Positions 14,299-26,778 are shown, numbered from the whole stretch's first letter. The stretch is 63,972 bases of DNA, filler included, from Basidiobolus ranarum (GCA_040143965.1; 36 parts of 36 records of this genome joined end to end with filler, not necessarily neighbours in it); one strand, 5' to 3'. A program made the numbers and translations. The notes: generated by a model from the sequence alone, not told the origin.

Positions 14299-15052
14299 GT
14301 GTGTTAAAGCTCGCAGGTGAGCAAATATGCTGTATTAAAAAAAAACAACAAACTGTTGCATTAGCAACTACAAAAGCAGATTATATATTGCCAGCTCCAT
14401 GGCTGTTCATGAAGCAATATGGCTAAGGAGTCTTCTCAAGGAACCAGGATATGATCAAGTTAATCCTACTCCAATATATCAAGATAATATTAGTTGTATT
14501 CAGATCACCAAAAAGCCAGAGCATCACTGAAGGATGAAACATCTTGACATATGACATCATTTCATATGAGAGAAAGTTCAAGACAAAGAAGTGAATTTTA
14601 TTTATTGTAATACTGAAAACATGCTTTCAGATATACTAACAAAAAGCACTCAAAACCTTAAGCTTTGAGAAGTTAAGAGCAGGAATAGGCATTAGTGAAT
14701 ATAAGCACAATGCTGAATACGAATTAAGGGAAGGTGTTGGATAATTGAACTTTATTCAACAACATGGTTAACTGTAGTTTTGACATATATATCAGAAACA
14801 GAAAGCAACATATCTATAGCCCCCATATGCTAAATAGCAACATCTCTATATCTATATAACAAGTATATCTTAATACCCCCACTTATCAATTTTATCTTAT
14901 TACTCAAACTCCTGAATATCTCAGACAATTGATTTACTTTTCAACTATATAAGTCACCATATACTCTTAAGAGTAAAGTAACGAAAATCACACTATCATA
15001 AGTTGCTTCTAATACACAAAGTCAAACCCCATTATATAAAGATTCTCCAACA
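14299..15052 (+). mobile_element. Copia RNase H end, PPT and 3' LTR family A (LTR 14735..15052)
   Basis: AIWLRSLLKE and MKHLDI motifs; AAGGGAAGG immediately before TGTTGG...CCAACA. Confidence 0.92.
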
Positions 15053-15533
15053 GAAATATTGTCACCAGTTACTAAGTATACCTCAATCAGAGTAATCTTA
15101 GCTGTTACTTGTTTGCACATATGGAGTTTAGACAACATTTAATAATGAAAAAAATGAAGAAGATATATACATGGATCAATCAGAGGAATATTTTGCTAAA
15201 GGAAAAGAATATCAACAATGTAAATCACAAATAAGTCAATATGGTGTGATACAGGCTCCTCATGCATGTCATATCAAAATGAATCAGATCTTGATGGAAG
15301 ATCTTTTCCATTGTGGCAGAGTTGAAAAAGATATATACTTCAAGATGTTCCAACCACCAAAGTTATAATTGCTCTCTTTGTTGAAGATATCATGATAGTT
15401 AGTGAATTTTCTAATCCAATGAAGCATACCAATACCTGGCTATCTACTAAGTTTGAAATGAAAGATGTTGGATCCCTTACATGTTGGCTTGGAATGCTCA
15501 TGCATAAATATCCTGATATTAGAACACTTTTTA
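15053..15533 (+). mobile_element. Highly decayed Copia RT remnant
   Basis: SPVTKYTSIRVILAV, EDIYMDQ and LSTKFEMKDVG motifs. Confidence 0.8.
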
Positions 15534-15872
15534 TGCTGAAATTAGCATTGCCTGAACACCTATATGGTTGTATATATCTTATTACTTAGTTATCATATAT
15601 TTCCCTAAGATATTATCCATTATTCTCAATTGGAATTTACTTGGAATATTTCTAATAACTTGGAAGTTCTCCAAAATATAGCTCTCTCAAAGAAGTCCCA
15701 AGCATTGCACACTTGTTCCTGGAACCTTCTTTAACACATTCTACATGTTTGTTTGTTTACATCTTGACAAAACTCCAAATATCAACTGAATTCTCAATAT
15801 AGGAACAGGTGAAAGCCACCAATTACTCTAATTCTCCAAATGCCTTCCAACATACTCTGAAATACTTTAACA
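15534..15872 (+). mobile_element. Copia LTR family B copy
   Basis: TGCTGAAATTAGC...TACTTTAACA; homologous to 42966..43313. Confidence 0.85.
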
Positions 15873-16082
15873 CTTTTGCCATTTGAAAATTATTTTTTGC
15901 CTAAAATTGTGGGATATTAAAGCACACATGCCAAATTGTATGATCAATACGTTTCCATGGATGAAACCCATTACAATTACATNNNNNNNNNNNNNNNNNN
16001 NNNNNNNNNNNNNNNNNNNNNNNNNNTTAATTAATTAANNNNNNNNNNNNNNNNNNNNNNNNNNNNNNNNNNNNNNNNNNNN

Positions 16083-16290
16083 AGCAGAATTTTGGGCTAA
16101 ATAGAGTACAGCTGAGCCCATACCAACAGCATCTAGTGCATAGTCCTCACCTAAGTACACTTTCTTTGTTTAGATTGGTTTTGTGCCGGAAAACCAATCT
16201 TTCCTATTTGACATATGCTGGGAAGCTCCTGAATCAAGGTACCATGTTTAGCTTTCCTAGAAAACCAGCCCAATTGTCACTGTTGGTCCA
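16083..16290 (-). mobile_element. Copia aspartic protease remnant
   Basis: The reverse strand encodes WYLDSGASQHMSNRKDWF. Confidence 0.85.
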
Positions 16291-16299
16291 AGTTAGATG

Positions 16300-17176
16300 G
16301 TACATACTCTATGTCCATGGATTGGGTTTTGTCGCTGTTATTGTGCTCAAACAATGCAAAACCAGTTGACACAATGAAAAGAGCCCTTTGTTGGAAGGTT
16401 GATTTACTGTGCAGTCTCCTTAACCCAGTGCATTATGTCTATCACAAATTTGCTGATACATTGTCAATCAGATTTGCATATGGTAATACTGACAATTTCA
16501 CACAAAGCATCATTTGACCACAGGTGCACTCAATTGTAAACTCCCAGAATGTATAGCATGGGCCTATAATTGCTAAGCATTGTCAAAGATGCAGCAGGGG
16601 ATATATCAAGCACCAGCATATATTCAGTCTACCTTCTTGAATACTATAATAAAGTTTTTCATATCCAATTACAAAATATTTGCACAGTTGCTGTATCTGC
16701 CTGAGATCTGCCAACGTGAGTTGATGCCATAAGAATATATAGAAATATCCACAAAAACTCCCAATGCTGCCAATACTTATCAGGCTGAAGTCTTTACAAG
16801 GTTCAGCTTTAATATATATACAAATCCATTGCTTCCAGTCTGTGCATTTAAATAAATGCCTAGATGAGTGGATATTGATGGGAGTCCAGGTAAAATATGA
16901 TGGTATCTTGACAATTTCAAGCTTTTGCCCAATCAAATCAAACTTTCAACCTATCTCAAATGGCTTATTCACATTGAGTCTTCCACTAAATAGCTGAGTA
17001 TTGGAATGTTGTTGAACAGTAAGCACATAGTGATGTTTTCAATCATTTTCCCAATTGATTCAAACTTTGATTCTTTCTCACAAGGCACATTTATATTGGA
17101 TCTTCCACTCTATAGGTGAGTAGAAGTATTGCAATGTTGCTGAATAGTAAATATATAATGCCTCACAGGAAGCACT
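16300..17176 (-). mobile_element. CACTA transposase remnant
   Basis: IPSYFTWTP, DWKQW, GYEKLYY and LLHL motifs; matches 62500..63270. Confidence 0.88.
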
Positions 17177-17529
17177 TGATAAAAGTGTTTAGGGGATTTG
17201 GAAGTGCTTTGGACAAGATTTGGATTTGTGAATTAGACACTTGAGTTTAATTGAATTGAATATGTCCTATTTATAGTTTACTATGAAATAGGACTATTTA
17301 ACATGCTTAGATCATAACAAACATGCCTGTTAAGCATGGGTAAAAATTTGAGGTGATTTGGAGAAGTTTTGAGAAAAATAGTGAAAATTGGTAAAAGTGA
17401 TCTAATTGATATTTCTATCAATTAGGGCAATAAACGCATGCTTTTGAATGACAGAATTGAGTACTAAATAATCAGAATATGAATAAACTAACTACCAGAT
17501 AATGAGTTGCTATTCACCTAATTTCAACA
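17177..17529 (-). mobile_element. Solo LTR family C (353 bp) inside CACTA transposase
   Basis: TG...CA ends; flanks GCACT/GCTCT are a near-perfect 5-bp TSD. Matches 20511..20861. Confidence 0.88.
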
Positions 17530-17594
17530 GCTCTGGCTCTACTTGATAATCTTAGTCTTACAGCATATCTCAAGTTTGATTTTATACTGACTAT

Positions 17595-17765
17595 TGATAA
17601 AAGTGTGTAGGGGATCTGGAAGTGTTTTGGACAAGATTTGGATTTGTGAATTAGACTCTTAAGTTTTATTGAATTAAATATGTCCCATTTATAGTTTACT
17701 AAGAAATAGGACTATTGGACATGCTTAGATGATAACAATCGTGCCTGTTAAGCAAGGGTGAAAAT
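17595..17765 (-). mobile_element. Second LTR family C copy (truncated by contig end)
   Basis: Repeats the start of 17177..17529 after 65 bp of resumed transposase sequence. Confidence 0.85.
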
Positions 17766-17865
17766 NNNNNNNNNNNNNNNNNNNNNNNNNNNNNNNNNNN
17801 NNNNNNNNNTTAATTAATTAANNNNNNNNNNNNNNNNNNNNNNNNNNNNNNNNNNNNNNNNNNNN

Positions 17866-19548
17866 CTTCATCTTTAAGTTAAAGAATTGTCTTCCTTGAA
17901 ACATCTTGTTAGCAGCAGAACTTGTTTGGTAGGTGTCTTCTAAGGCTTTCCATACCTTCTTTGCAGTTTTAGCTCTTGAACATTGAATTATCAATTTGTC
18001 TTTTACATTAGGACAGATTGTGTTAAAGGCACTTTGTTATTTTTTAACCTTGAGTAAAACTTTGGTTTCAGAGAGTTTTGCATTGTTTTCTTCTCGTACA
18101 ACAGTGTCTCAAAGTCCTTTTTCTTGCAGCAGCATTTTCATTTTAATTTTCCAAAGTTCATAATTGGTTCCATCCAACTTTTCAGAAGAGGGAAAAGTTC
18201 CATAAATTTGAGAAGTAGACATTACAGAGAATGCAAGCCTGGGGCTCATAACCAGTTAAAGTATTTGGAGCCTCTTGGAAGTGGTTTGGAGAATTGGAGG
18301 AATTGGAGGTTTTCACTTGTGAATTCATTGAGTGGAAAGCTAACATTTATAGTTCTGTCAAGATGTAGGCAAACTACCATGTTGAATGTGTAAAGGGAGG
18401 TCCCAGGGACATGTGTGCAAAGTTTGGGGCTTCTAGCACAAGTTTGAAAAATCTATACATCTGAGAACTTTGAAGTTGGTAAAAATATTCTAAGTAAATC
18501 CCAATCAAGAATAATAGATAATATCTTAGTGAATTATAAGATAACTAAGTACTAAGCTATATATAACTTTATAGGTGTTTAGGAAATACTAATCTCAACA
18601 TACTAGTCTCCACAACCTGTGTGACAGGCTATTCAGGACTGTAACTATGATATCCAGATCAGTAATAGTCATTCCAATACATACCATTTCATCCACAGAA
18701 AAGCAACACTATTAATTAGTGATAAATGTCTTCTCTTAGCACCATCTTTGAGTGAAAGAATTGTCTGTTTACAAACAACTCATTGGCTGCAGAACATGTT
18801 TGGTAGGTGTCTTTCAAGGCTTTCCATACCTTCTTGGCTGTTTTAACTCTTGAACATTGAATTAGCAATTTGTCTTTAACATGAAGTCAAATTGTGTTAA
18901 AGGTGCTTTGTTCTTTTTTAACCTGGAGTAGAATGTTTATTTCAGATAGCTTTCATTGTTTCTCTTCTCCTACAACAGTGTCCCAAAGTTCTTTTTCTTG
19001 CAGCAGCATTTTCATTTTAATTTTCCAAACTTGATAATTGGTTCCATCCAATTATTCAGCAGAGGGAAAAGTTCCATAAATTTGAAAAGTAGACATTACA
19101 GAAAGTGCAAGCTTGGGGCTCATAACCTGTTAAAGTATCTGGGAGCCTGTTGGAAGTGGTTTGGAGAATTAGAGCAATTGGTGGTCTTCACTTGTGGCTT
19201 CATTGAGTGGAAAGTTGACATTTATACTTTGTCAAGATGTAAGCAAACTACCATGTTGAATGTGTTAAGGGAGGTCCCAGGGACATGTGTGCATAGTTTG
19301 GGGCTTCTAGCACAAGTTTGAAATATCTATATATCTGAGAACTTTGAAGTAGGTAAACATATTCTAAGTAAATCCCAATCAAGAATAATAGATAATATCT
19401 TAGTGAATTATAAGATAACTAAGTACTAAGCTATATATGACTTTATAGGTGTTTAGGAAATACTAATTGCAACATACTAGTCTCCACATCCTGTGTGACA
19501 GGCTATTCAGGACTGTAACTATGATATCCAGATCAGTAATAGTCATTC
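17866..19548 (-). mobile_element. Tandem units of LTR-B, PBS and truncated gag (period 874 bp)
   Basis: LTRs at 18254..18600 and 19128..19474. PBS (rc GGTTATGAGCCCC) at 18241..18253 and 19115..19127. Gag N-terminus reads EKLDGTNYELWKIKMKMLL. Confidence 0.9.
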
Positions 19549-19648
19549 NNNNNNNNNNNNNNNNNNNNNNNNNNNNNNNNNNNNNNNNNNNNTTAATTAA
19601 TTAANNNNNNNNNNNNNNNNNNNNNNNNNNNNNNNNNNNNNNNNNNNN

Positions 19649-20510
19649 TAGCAATTTTTCCATCATTAGTTTGCTGGTAAAGCATATTGATGTTGTTGAC
19701 TTATGTCTTAGCAGCCAAGTTTGTGCATATGTAGAGACTAAACGTAATAAAATTTGTTTATTTTTGATACTCATTAAGGCTAGAATACAAAGCCTGAAAT
19801 ATCTCAATAAAGGCATGCATGTTAATTCAAACTCTTTTAGCAATAAACCTAGCAATATGGAATTCAAAAATTATTTTTTACAAAAGTTGATGGAATTGAA
19901 ATAACACATGGCCAATATAATGATCAAAATTTTACCATGTATGAATGCTGTCAGAACACCATCAAGAAGCTGTCATTGCACCATCAAAATCCCTGGCAGA
20001 ATGCAAGTCACCGAAAAAAAATATGACAGTCCTCTAATAGTTTTTTAATACAGAATGGAGGTTCTGATCTGGTTCAAAGAGAAATTACTTTTGTTAGGGT
20101 TCAAAAGAAGGAAAAGTTAGGTTAATTAACATTATTGGCCAGTAGACCTTTCAAATAGTTTATTTGTTTGGTGAAAAACCATCCAGAGTCAATTCAAATG
20201 CATGTGCTCTATAGAAACCTTGACTTTTTTTATTCTGATAATGATTTCCATCAAATGTATTGGTAATACCATCAGCTTTATGGTTAGTCTTTTGGTACTT
20301 GATCATTGATCTGTATTTGGGTGATTTATCAACACCTTAAGACAACAAATCAATGGTATGTATATATGGTGAGTACTTTGATATTGGATCAATGAGCTAA
20401 ATATAGGTGATTTCATCAAAACTTTAAGGCAGGGAATCAATGGTATGTAAGCCAAATATGAACAATATTTAAATGATTCAGAGATTGCCAACTGGATGCA
20501 AACAGTATAT
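19649..20510. mobile_element. CACTA right end (+, TIR ends 20099) abutting an inverted transposase piece (20100..20510)
   Basis: TTTTGTTAGGG terminus, followed by reverse-strand YLAYIPLIPCLK. Confidence 0.85.
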
Positions 20511-21331
20511 TGCTGAAATTAGGTAAATAGCAACTCATTATTTAGTTGTTAGTTTGTTCATATTCTGATTATGTAGGACTCAATTCTTCCATCCAAAATG
20601 TGTGTTTATTGCTCTAACTGATAGAAATATCAATAAGATCACTTTTACCAATTTTCACTATTTTCTCAAAACTTCTCCAAATCAGTTTAATTTCTCACCC
20701 ATGCTTAACAAGAATGCTTGTTATGATCAAAGCATGTCCAATAGTCCTACTTCAGAGTAAGCTATAAATAGGACATATTCAATTCAATAAAACTTAAGTG
20801 TCTCATTCACAAATCTAAATCTTGTCCAAAACACTTCCAAATCCCCCAAACACTTTTATCAGGTTATGAGCCCCAAGCTAGCGGTTAAAGGAATGTCTAT
20901 GAGTACTATTACCAATGCTTTTGCATCCACATAGAAGTTTGATTGTGAAGAATTTCATCTTTGGAAGTTCAAAATGCAAATGATGCTAGAAGACAAGGGC
21001 CTTTGCGGTTTTGTTACAGGAGAAGAAATAGAGCCAAAGGGACCACCAGAGGCAATCCTTGCCTTTAACAAGAAGCAGAGGAAAGCACTCTCTACACCCC
21101 ATCTACATCTCAAAACTCTCAGTAGAGGCACATACTATCAGCCAAAAATGTCCCAACTGCTTGGGAAACACTTCATGGACTATATGAGAGCATAAGTCTG
21201 GCTATTAGGCTATATCTTAGGTGAAAATTATTCTCAATTCAAATGAATTCTTGTGATTCTATGCTTAATCATATAATTTGGATAAAAACTATGGCAGATC
21301 AGCTCTCATCCATTGGAGCACCTCTAAATGA
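20511..21331 (+). mobile_element. Copia family C 5' end: LTR 20511..20861, PBS 20862..20874, gag remnant
   Basis: TG...CA LTR followed by GGTTATGAGCCCC. Gag reads FHLWKFKMQMMLEDKGL. Confidence 0.92.
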
Positions 21332-21431
21332 NNNNNNNNNNNNNNNNNNNNNNNNNNNNNNNNNNNNNNNNNNNNTTAATTAATTAANNNNNNNNNNNNN
21401 NNNNNNNNNNNNNNNNNNNNNNNNNNNNNNN

Positions 21432-22504
21432 AGAACATGTGTATTTTAAGCACAGATCTATAGTACCTTTAAAATTTCTGAAAATCCACTTACCTGCTAG
21501 GATTTGATCAGATCAATAATTTTGAAGATATTGGCACATAACTCCCACAGAATATGCAATATCTGGCCATGTTCCAACCATGCTATACATCAAACTACCA
21601 ACCATGGATTGATAAAGAAATTTCTGGCTTTCATTTGAATCCAAGAACATCTGATTTGAGCCATTTGTGGTCAAGTTAAGATTTGTCTCCATTTGGGTGG
21701 ATACTGGATTACATTCTTCCATTTCAAACTTCTTCAGTATATCAAGGATATACTTAGAGTGGTTTAAATTTACTGTTATGGTAGTTCTATCTTTCTTAAC
21801 TTGGATTCCAAGATAGTATGTCAGTTCACCAAGATCAGTCATTCTGAATTCAGCAGATAAGCTGGATTTGGTTTTTGCCAAAGTAATCTAGTCATTGGTT
21901 GCAATAATACGGTCATCTAAATATAAGGCTAATAGAACTGGGTTTGTCTTATCTAGCCTGAAATAGATACTATAGTCAGCATTACTCTTTTGGAATTTGA
22001 GTATTTCCAAAAAAGTGTCTATCTTGCTTTTCCAGGCTCTTGGAGATTGCTTTAAGCCCTGGAGTGTTTTCTAGAGTCTGCAAGCTTTTTTAGGGTTTTC
22101 TGGGTCCACAAATCTATCTAGCTGGTCCATATAGATCTCTGCAGCAAGCTCCCCATTCAAAAAAGCAGTTTTAACATCCAATTGATGTCATATAAACTGA
22201 TATTTAGCTGAAGTTACTAAAATTAATCTAATTGAATTAAACTTTGCTACAGGAGCAAAAGTTTCTGTATAATCTATTCCAGGTGTTTGGGAATAGCCTT
22301 TAGCTACTAGTCTAGCCTTGTACCTTTTTATATTGCCATCAGAGTTGTATTTAACTTTAAATACCCATTGGCAGCCAATTGAATATCCATCTTCAGGTAA
22401 GTTGGATAGAGCCCAAGTTTGATTATCAATCAAAGTCTGGTACTCATCAGCCATTACAGATCTCCAAAATTTTGTGTGAGGGCCATTCAGGGCCGCTTTT
22501 ACAG
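21432..22504 (-). mobile_element. Copia RT remnant
   Basis: KRYKARLVAKGYSQTPGIDYTETFAPVAK, FRMTDLGEL and YQSMVGSLMY motifs. Confidence 0.95.
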
Positions 22505-22566
22505 TCTAGGGCTCATGTATTTGAGCTGTGCAGGCATAGGCCCAATTTTGGGACTCATTCATATAT

Positions 22567-23114
22567 CCCTAACAGAAATTTGAGGATTGTTATCATAGGA
22601 AAACCATCACAATTTTAATCCATTTGGGATTGACCATTTTCTAACCATCATAAAACTGTGAAGTTAGATTTGATTGTAATTCATTTTTCTGTTTCAGGAG
22701 TTAAAATTCAAGATCTTGCAAAATAGTTGCAAATGATTGGTTACAATCTCAGAGATCTGTGGATCAACACATGTGCAAAAAACATAACTCAAATTTTACA
22801 CATTTACCACTTCAACACTAATTTGTCACCTTCAAAATGCCTAGTCTCTTTGATAGATTCTCCTGAGTATTTTTATAGAGTTCTTTATACCCAAGGTTTA
22901 GCTCATATCCAACACAAGTTTGTATCAATATCTCCATCAAAGCCCACCATTGTATTAACATTGCTGAATCAACATTCTTCCAGCTATCTGACAGATAACC
23001 TGTGATTTTGTGCCACTCTATATTAAGTTCTTCCCAGATATCTGCACAGTCAACACCAGACTGTGTGTCAAGTTGAATGTTCTTCTTCTGAAGCCACTTT
23101 CTGAATATTTGCAC
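22567..23114 (+). mobile_element. CACTA left end with ORF2 C-terminus (antisense)
   Basis: Begins CCCTAACAGAAAT. The ORF2 tail ...RLGILKVTN* lies on the minus strand. Confidence 0.92.
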
Positions 23115-23214
23115 NNNNNNNNNNNNNNNNNNNNNNNNNNNNNNNNNNNNNNNNNNNNTTAATTAATTAANNNNNNNNNNNNNNNNNNNNNNNNNNNNNN
23201 NNNNNNNNNNNNNN

Positions 23215-23524
23215 CTCATTGTGGCTGGAATACAAAGCCTAAAATATCTAAATAAAGGCATGCATATTAATTTGAATTCCTACAGCAGTAAACCCAGTAA
23301 TTTGCCATTCAAAAATTGCTGGTGATTGAAAAACACATGCCAAATTTGAGGATCAAGATTTTAACATGTATAAATACCATCAAGATACCATCAAGAAACT
23401 GCAGTCACACCATCAAAATCCCTGACAGAATGCAAGCCAGCAATATTGTGACGGTTCTCCGATGGTTTTGCTATTTTGGAGGGTGGATCCAATCCGGATG
23501 AAGTTGATTTTATTTTCGTTAGGG
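23215..23524 (+). mobile_element. CACTA right end
   Basis: Transposase stop region, then the terminus ATTTTCGTTAGGG (rc CCCTAACGAAAAT). Confidence 0.9.
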
Positions 23525-23539
23525 TAAATTGGGTGCTAA

Positions 23540-24460
23540 TGTGTGGTCAAAGTTATACAGCAAGCTGATGAATCTGTAGAAAGATATAAAGCCTGACTTG
23601 AAGCTAAAGGATACTCACAAATGGAAGGAGTGGACTACAATGAAACATTTGCTCCTGCAGCAAAGTTTAATTCCATCAGAACTGTACTAGCAGTAGCAGC
23701 AAAACATAGCTTACAAATCCATAAAATAGATTTTAAAACTGCATTTTGTATGGGGACTTGTAAGAGGATATATTCATGGATCATCTGGATGATTTTGGGA
23801 TCCTGAGCACCTTGAGGATGTGTGTAAGCTACAAAAATTACTTTATGGACTGGGACACTCACCCAGGGCCTGGTACACTAAGATAGACACATACTTGTAA
23901 TCACATGATTTCCAAAAGAGTACAGCATGTTTTGGGCCCTACTTTAAGACAGATAGGGACAGTCAGGTGCTACTTGCCTTATATGTGGATGATCTGATTA
24001 TAACTATCATTAATGATGAAGCTTGCAGGAACATCAAAGAGATCCACCAGTTCAATTTAAGATGATCAATTCAGGCAACTCTCATGGATCCAGGTGTTAA
24101 ACCAGTCAAAAACCCCATCAAAAAATAATGAAAATGACCAAATATAGCTCAAAATATCAGATTTGAAAGCACTGAGTTCCCTGAACAATCTACATTAGGT
24201 TGTTTGATCTATGCTATGACTGGAACCCAGCCAGATATCTCTTTTGCAGTTGGAGTAGCTAGCCAATATGTGCATAACTTAGGATCTGAGCATTAAGCTG
24301 CAGTTAAGAAAATTTTCAGATATTTTAGAGGGACAATTGATCTGGGATTAAGCTACACTTATTTATATGAGAATAAGGATCTAATTGGTTTTAGTAATGC
24401 TGATTGGAGACATGATAATGAGGATAAAAGATCTATTGCTGGATATACCTTTCTCTATAG
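23540..24460 (+). mobile_element. Copia RT/RNase H remnant
   Basis: [17 protein letters not shown] and IGFSNADW motifs. Confidence 0.9.
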
Positions 24461-24463
24461 TTG

Positions 24464-24896
24464 CTAACAAAAATAAAATCAATTTGATCCAGATTGGATC
24501 CACCCTTCTAAATTGCAAACCTATCAGAGAATCATCACAATATCAGTGGCTTGCATTCTACCAGTGATCTTGAAGGTGTGATAGTGGTTTCTTGACAGTA
24601 CTTTGATGGTATTCTTACATGTTGAAAGATTGAACCTCATGTTTGGCATACATTATAAATTTCAGGCTGTTTTTGTAAAAATATAATTTTTAAATGGCAA
24701 ATTACTGGGTGTACTACTATAAAATTTACATTAATATGCAGGCCTTTATTTAGGTATTTTTTGCCTTGTATTCCAGGCATACTGAGAATCAAAAAATACA
24801 AAAATCTTTTTGTCTTAAGTCTCGACATATGCACATACTTGCCTTAACAGCCATAACTAAGCATCCTCATGATGTCCTACCCGCCAACTAACAATG
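24464..24896 (-). mobile_element. CACTA right end (rc, degenerate TIR)
   Basis: CTAACAAAAATAAAATC...; homologous to 57723+. Confidence 0.85.
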
Positions 24897-24996
24897 NNNN
24901 NNNNNNNNNNNNNNNNNNNNNNNNNNNNNNNNNNNNNNNNTTAATTAATTAANNNNNNNNNNNNNNNNNNNNNNNNNNNNNNNNNNNNNNNNNNNN

Positions 24997-25105
24997 GGGA
25001 TAGAGTGGGATTTGACAAAGGCAGAGTCAATAAAACAGGAGGAAGCACCTAAATCAAGAAGTGCAGTTGTTTTTATTGACTTGGAATTTGGTAGCAGGAG
25101 TGTAC
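24997..25105 (-). mobile_element. Ty3/Gypsy aspartic protease remnant
   Basis: The reverse strand encodes TALLDLGASSCFIDSAFVK. Confidence 0.75.
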
Positions 25106-26678
25106 CCCTAACAGATATCTGAGGATAGCTATTGTAGGAAAAATGTTACAATTTTAATCCATTTCGGATTGACCCTTTACCTACAGTCATAAAATCATCA
25201 AGTTAAAATTGATTTTAAGCAATTTTTTCAGTTTCAGGTGTGAGAATTCATGATCTCGCAAAATAGTTGCACATGATTTGCTACAATCTTGGAAAACTAT
25301 GGATCAATGCATGTGCAAAAAAAATAACTCAAATTTTACACTTATATCACTTGAATGCTAATATGTCACCTTCAAAATTCCTAGATTCTTTGATATATTC
25401 TCCTGAATATTTTTATGGAGTTCTACATACCAAAGGTTTAGCTCATATCCAACATGTGTTTGTATCAATATCTCCATCAAAGCCTACCATTATATTAATG
25501 TTGCTAAATCAACATTCTTCCAGCTATCTAGCAGATACCCTGCAATATTATGCCACTCTGTGTTACATTCTTCCCAAATATCTGCATGGTTAACACCAGA
25601 CTGAATATCAAGTTGAATGTTCTTCTTCTGAGCCACTTTCCACATAGTTGCACTGTGTTTTTCCCTTCATATTTTGAAAATACTACTCAAGCACTTTTAC
25701 TATTTTCATATATGCTACACTACTGAGGGTTCTTTGTTGTGTTTGTGTGGCTTTTTGCTTGCCTTTAACTTTGGGGCTAATTTCAACCTTTTGAAAAGTA
25801 TCAGTCGAGGTTGGATAGCCATGAGTTTTATTTGCTGGTGCTTTGGCCTGTTGAGAGGTGCCAGGGGATGGAAAAACTTACAAATTTAGCACTCCTTCAA
25901 CTGGTGTACCAGGTTCCATGGTGAAATTGAGCCTTTTTGGCAGTATATCTGACTCTGGAAATGCAGATCTTTGTAATGGTGTGAAGAATTCAGTAAGTCG
26001 GACTGTAGAGCCTAAACTTACTGGCTCCTTTGCATTACCCTTGGATTTACTAACTTCCTGCTCCTTGAGTACTTCTTTAGCGGCTTTTCTTTCTTTTCCA
26101 AATGCATAATTGCGTACATTTTTGAGATGTTTCATGAATAGGCCTATACAAGCTCAATTACCATTTGCTTGCCAAAACCCAGGATAAGCCACATGAAAAA
26201 GCCAGGAACCTTCAGAGTAATGCCCGGTTTTTGGTTTTTCCACAATTGGCTCAAATCCAGATGATGTTGGGGAAGATTCCCCACAGTTTCCAAAACATTA
26301 AACCACTCATCATCATAGCAAGTGATGCCAGCTCGGACATTCAGAGTCTTTTGGTTTGCTAGTTTTCAAATGAGATTTCTAGTTTCATGTTCCCAAGCAA
26401 TTTCAGGTTGTTGTGAAGGCTTACTGGTCCAAGACATATTCAGCTCTGCTAGATTGTCATGGTGACATCTATTTTATGGTGTGGGATTGATTGAAGACCC
26501 ATATGAGAATGGATAGAGGGAGCAGCATGTTGCTGTAGCTCAAGTACAGAGTTCTGAAGGTCTTGTAGCATTTTTGACGGACTCTCTAACTGTTGACTAG
26601 TTACTTCCAAATGCTGCATTAATTTAAATATTGCAGCATTATTACTTGTCATGGCCTGTAGAGCAGTATGATACATTT
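25106..26678 (+). mobile_element. CACTA left 1.57 kb carrying most of ORF2 on the minus strand
   Basis: CCCTAACAG terminus. Longest continuous ORF2 copy, from AMTSNNAAI through KHLKNVRNY to LGILKVT. Confidence 0.92.
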
Positions 26679-26778
26679 NNNNNNNNNNNNNNNNNNNNNN
26701 NNNNNNNNNNNNNNNNNNNNNNTTAATTAATTAANNNNNNNNNNNNNNNNNNNNNNNNNNNNNNNNNNNNNNNNNNNN

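Noticed and set aside
17177-17765. Two LTR-C copies 65 bp apart as a TRIM
   Set aside because: The first has its own TSD, the spacer is CACTA transposase sequence, and there is no PBS or PPT. These are two independent insertions.
18124-19321. Duplicated ORFs MQQHFHFNFP...
   Set aside because: They are antisense frames across gag and the LTR of the tandem unit.
22727-23005. Recurrent ORF family MxMIGYNL..LWINTC.. (also 1742, 25267, 27698, 45590, 57035) as a small multicopy gene
   Set aside because: It is the antisense shadow of the ORF2 tail and left end of the transposon, with variable stops between copies.
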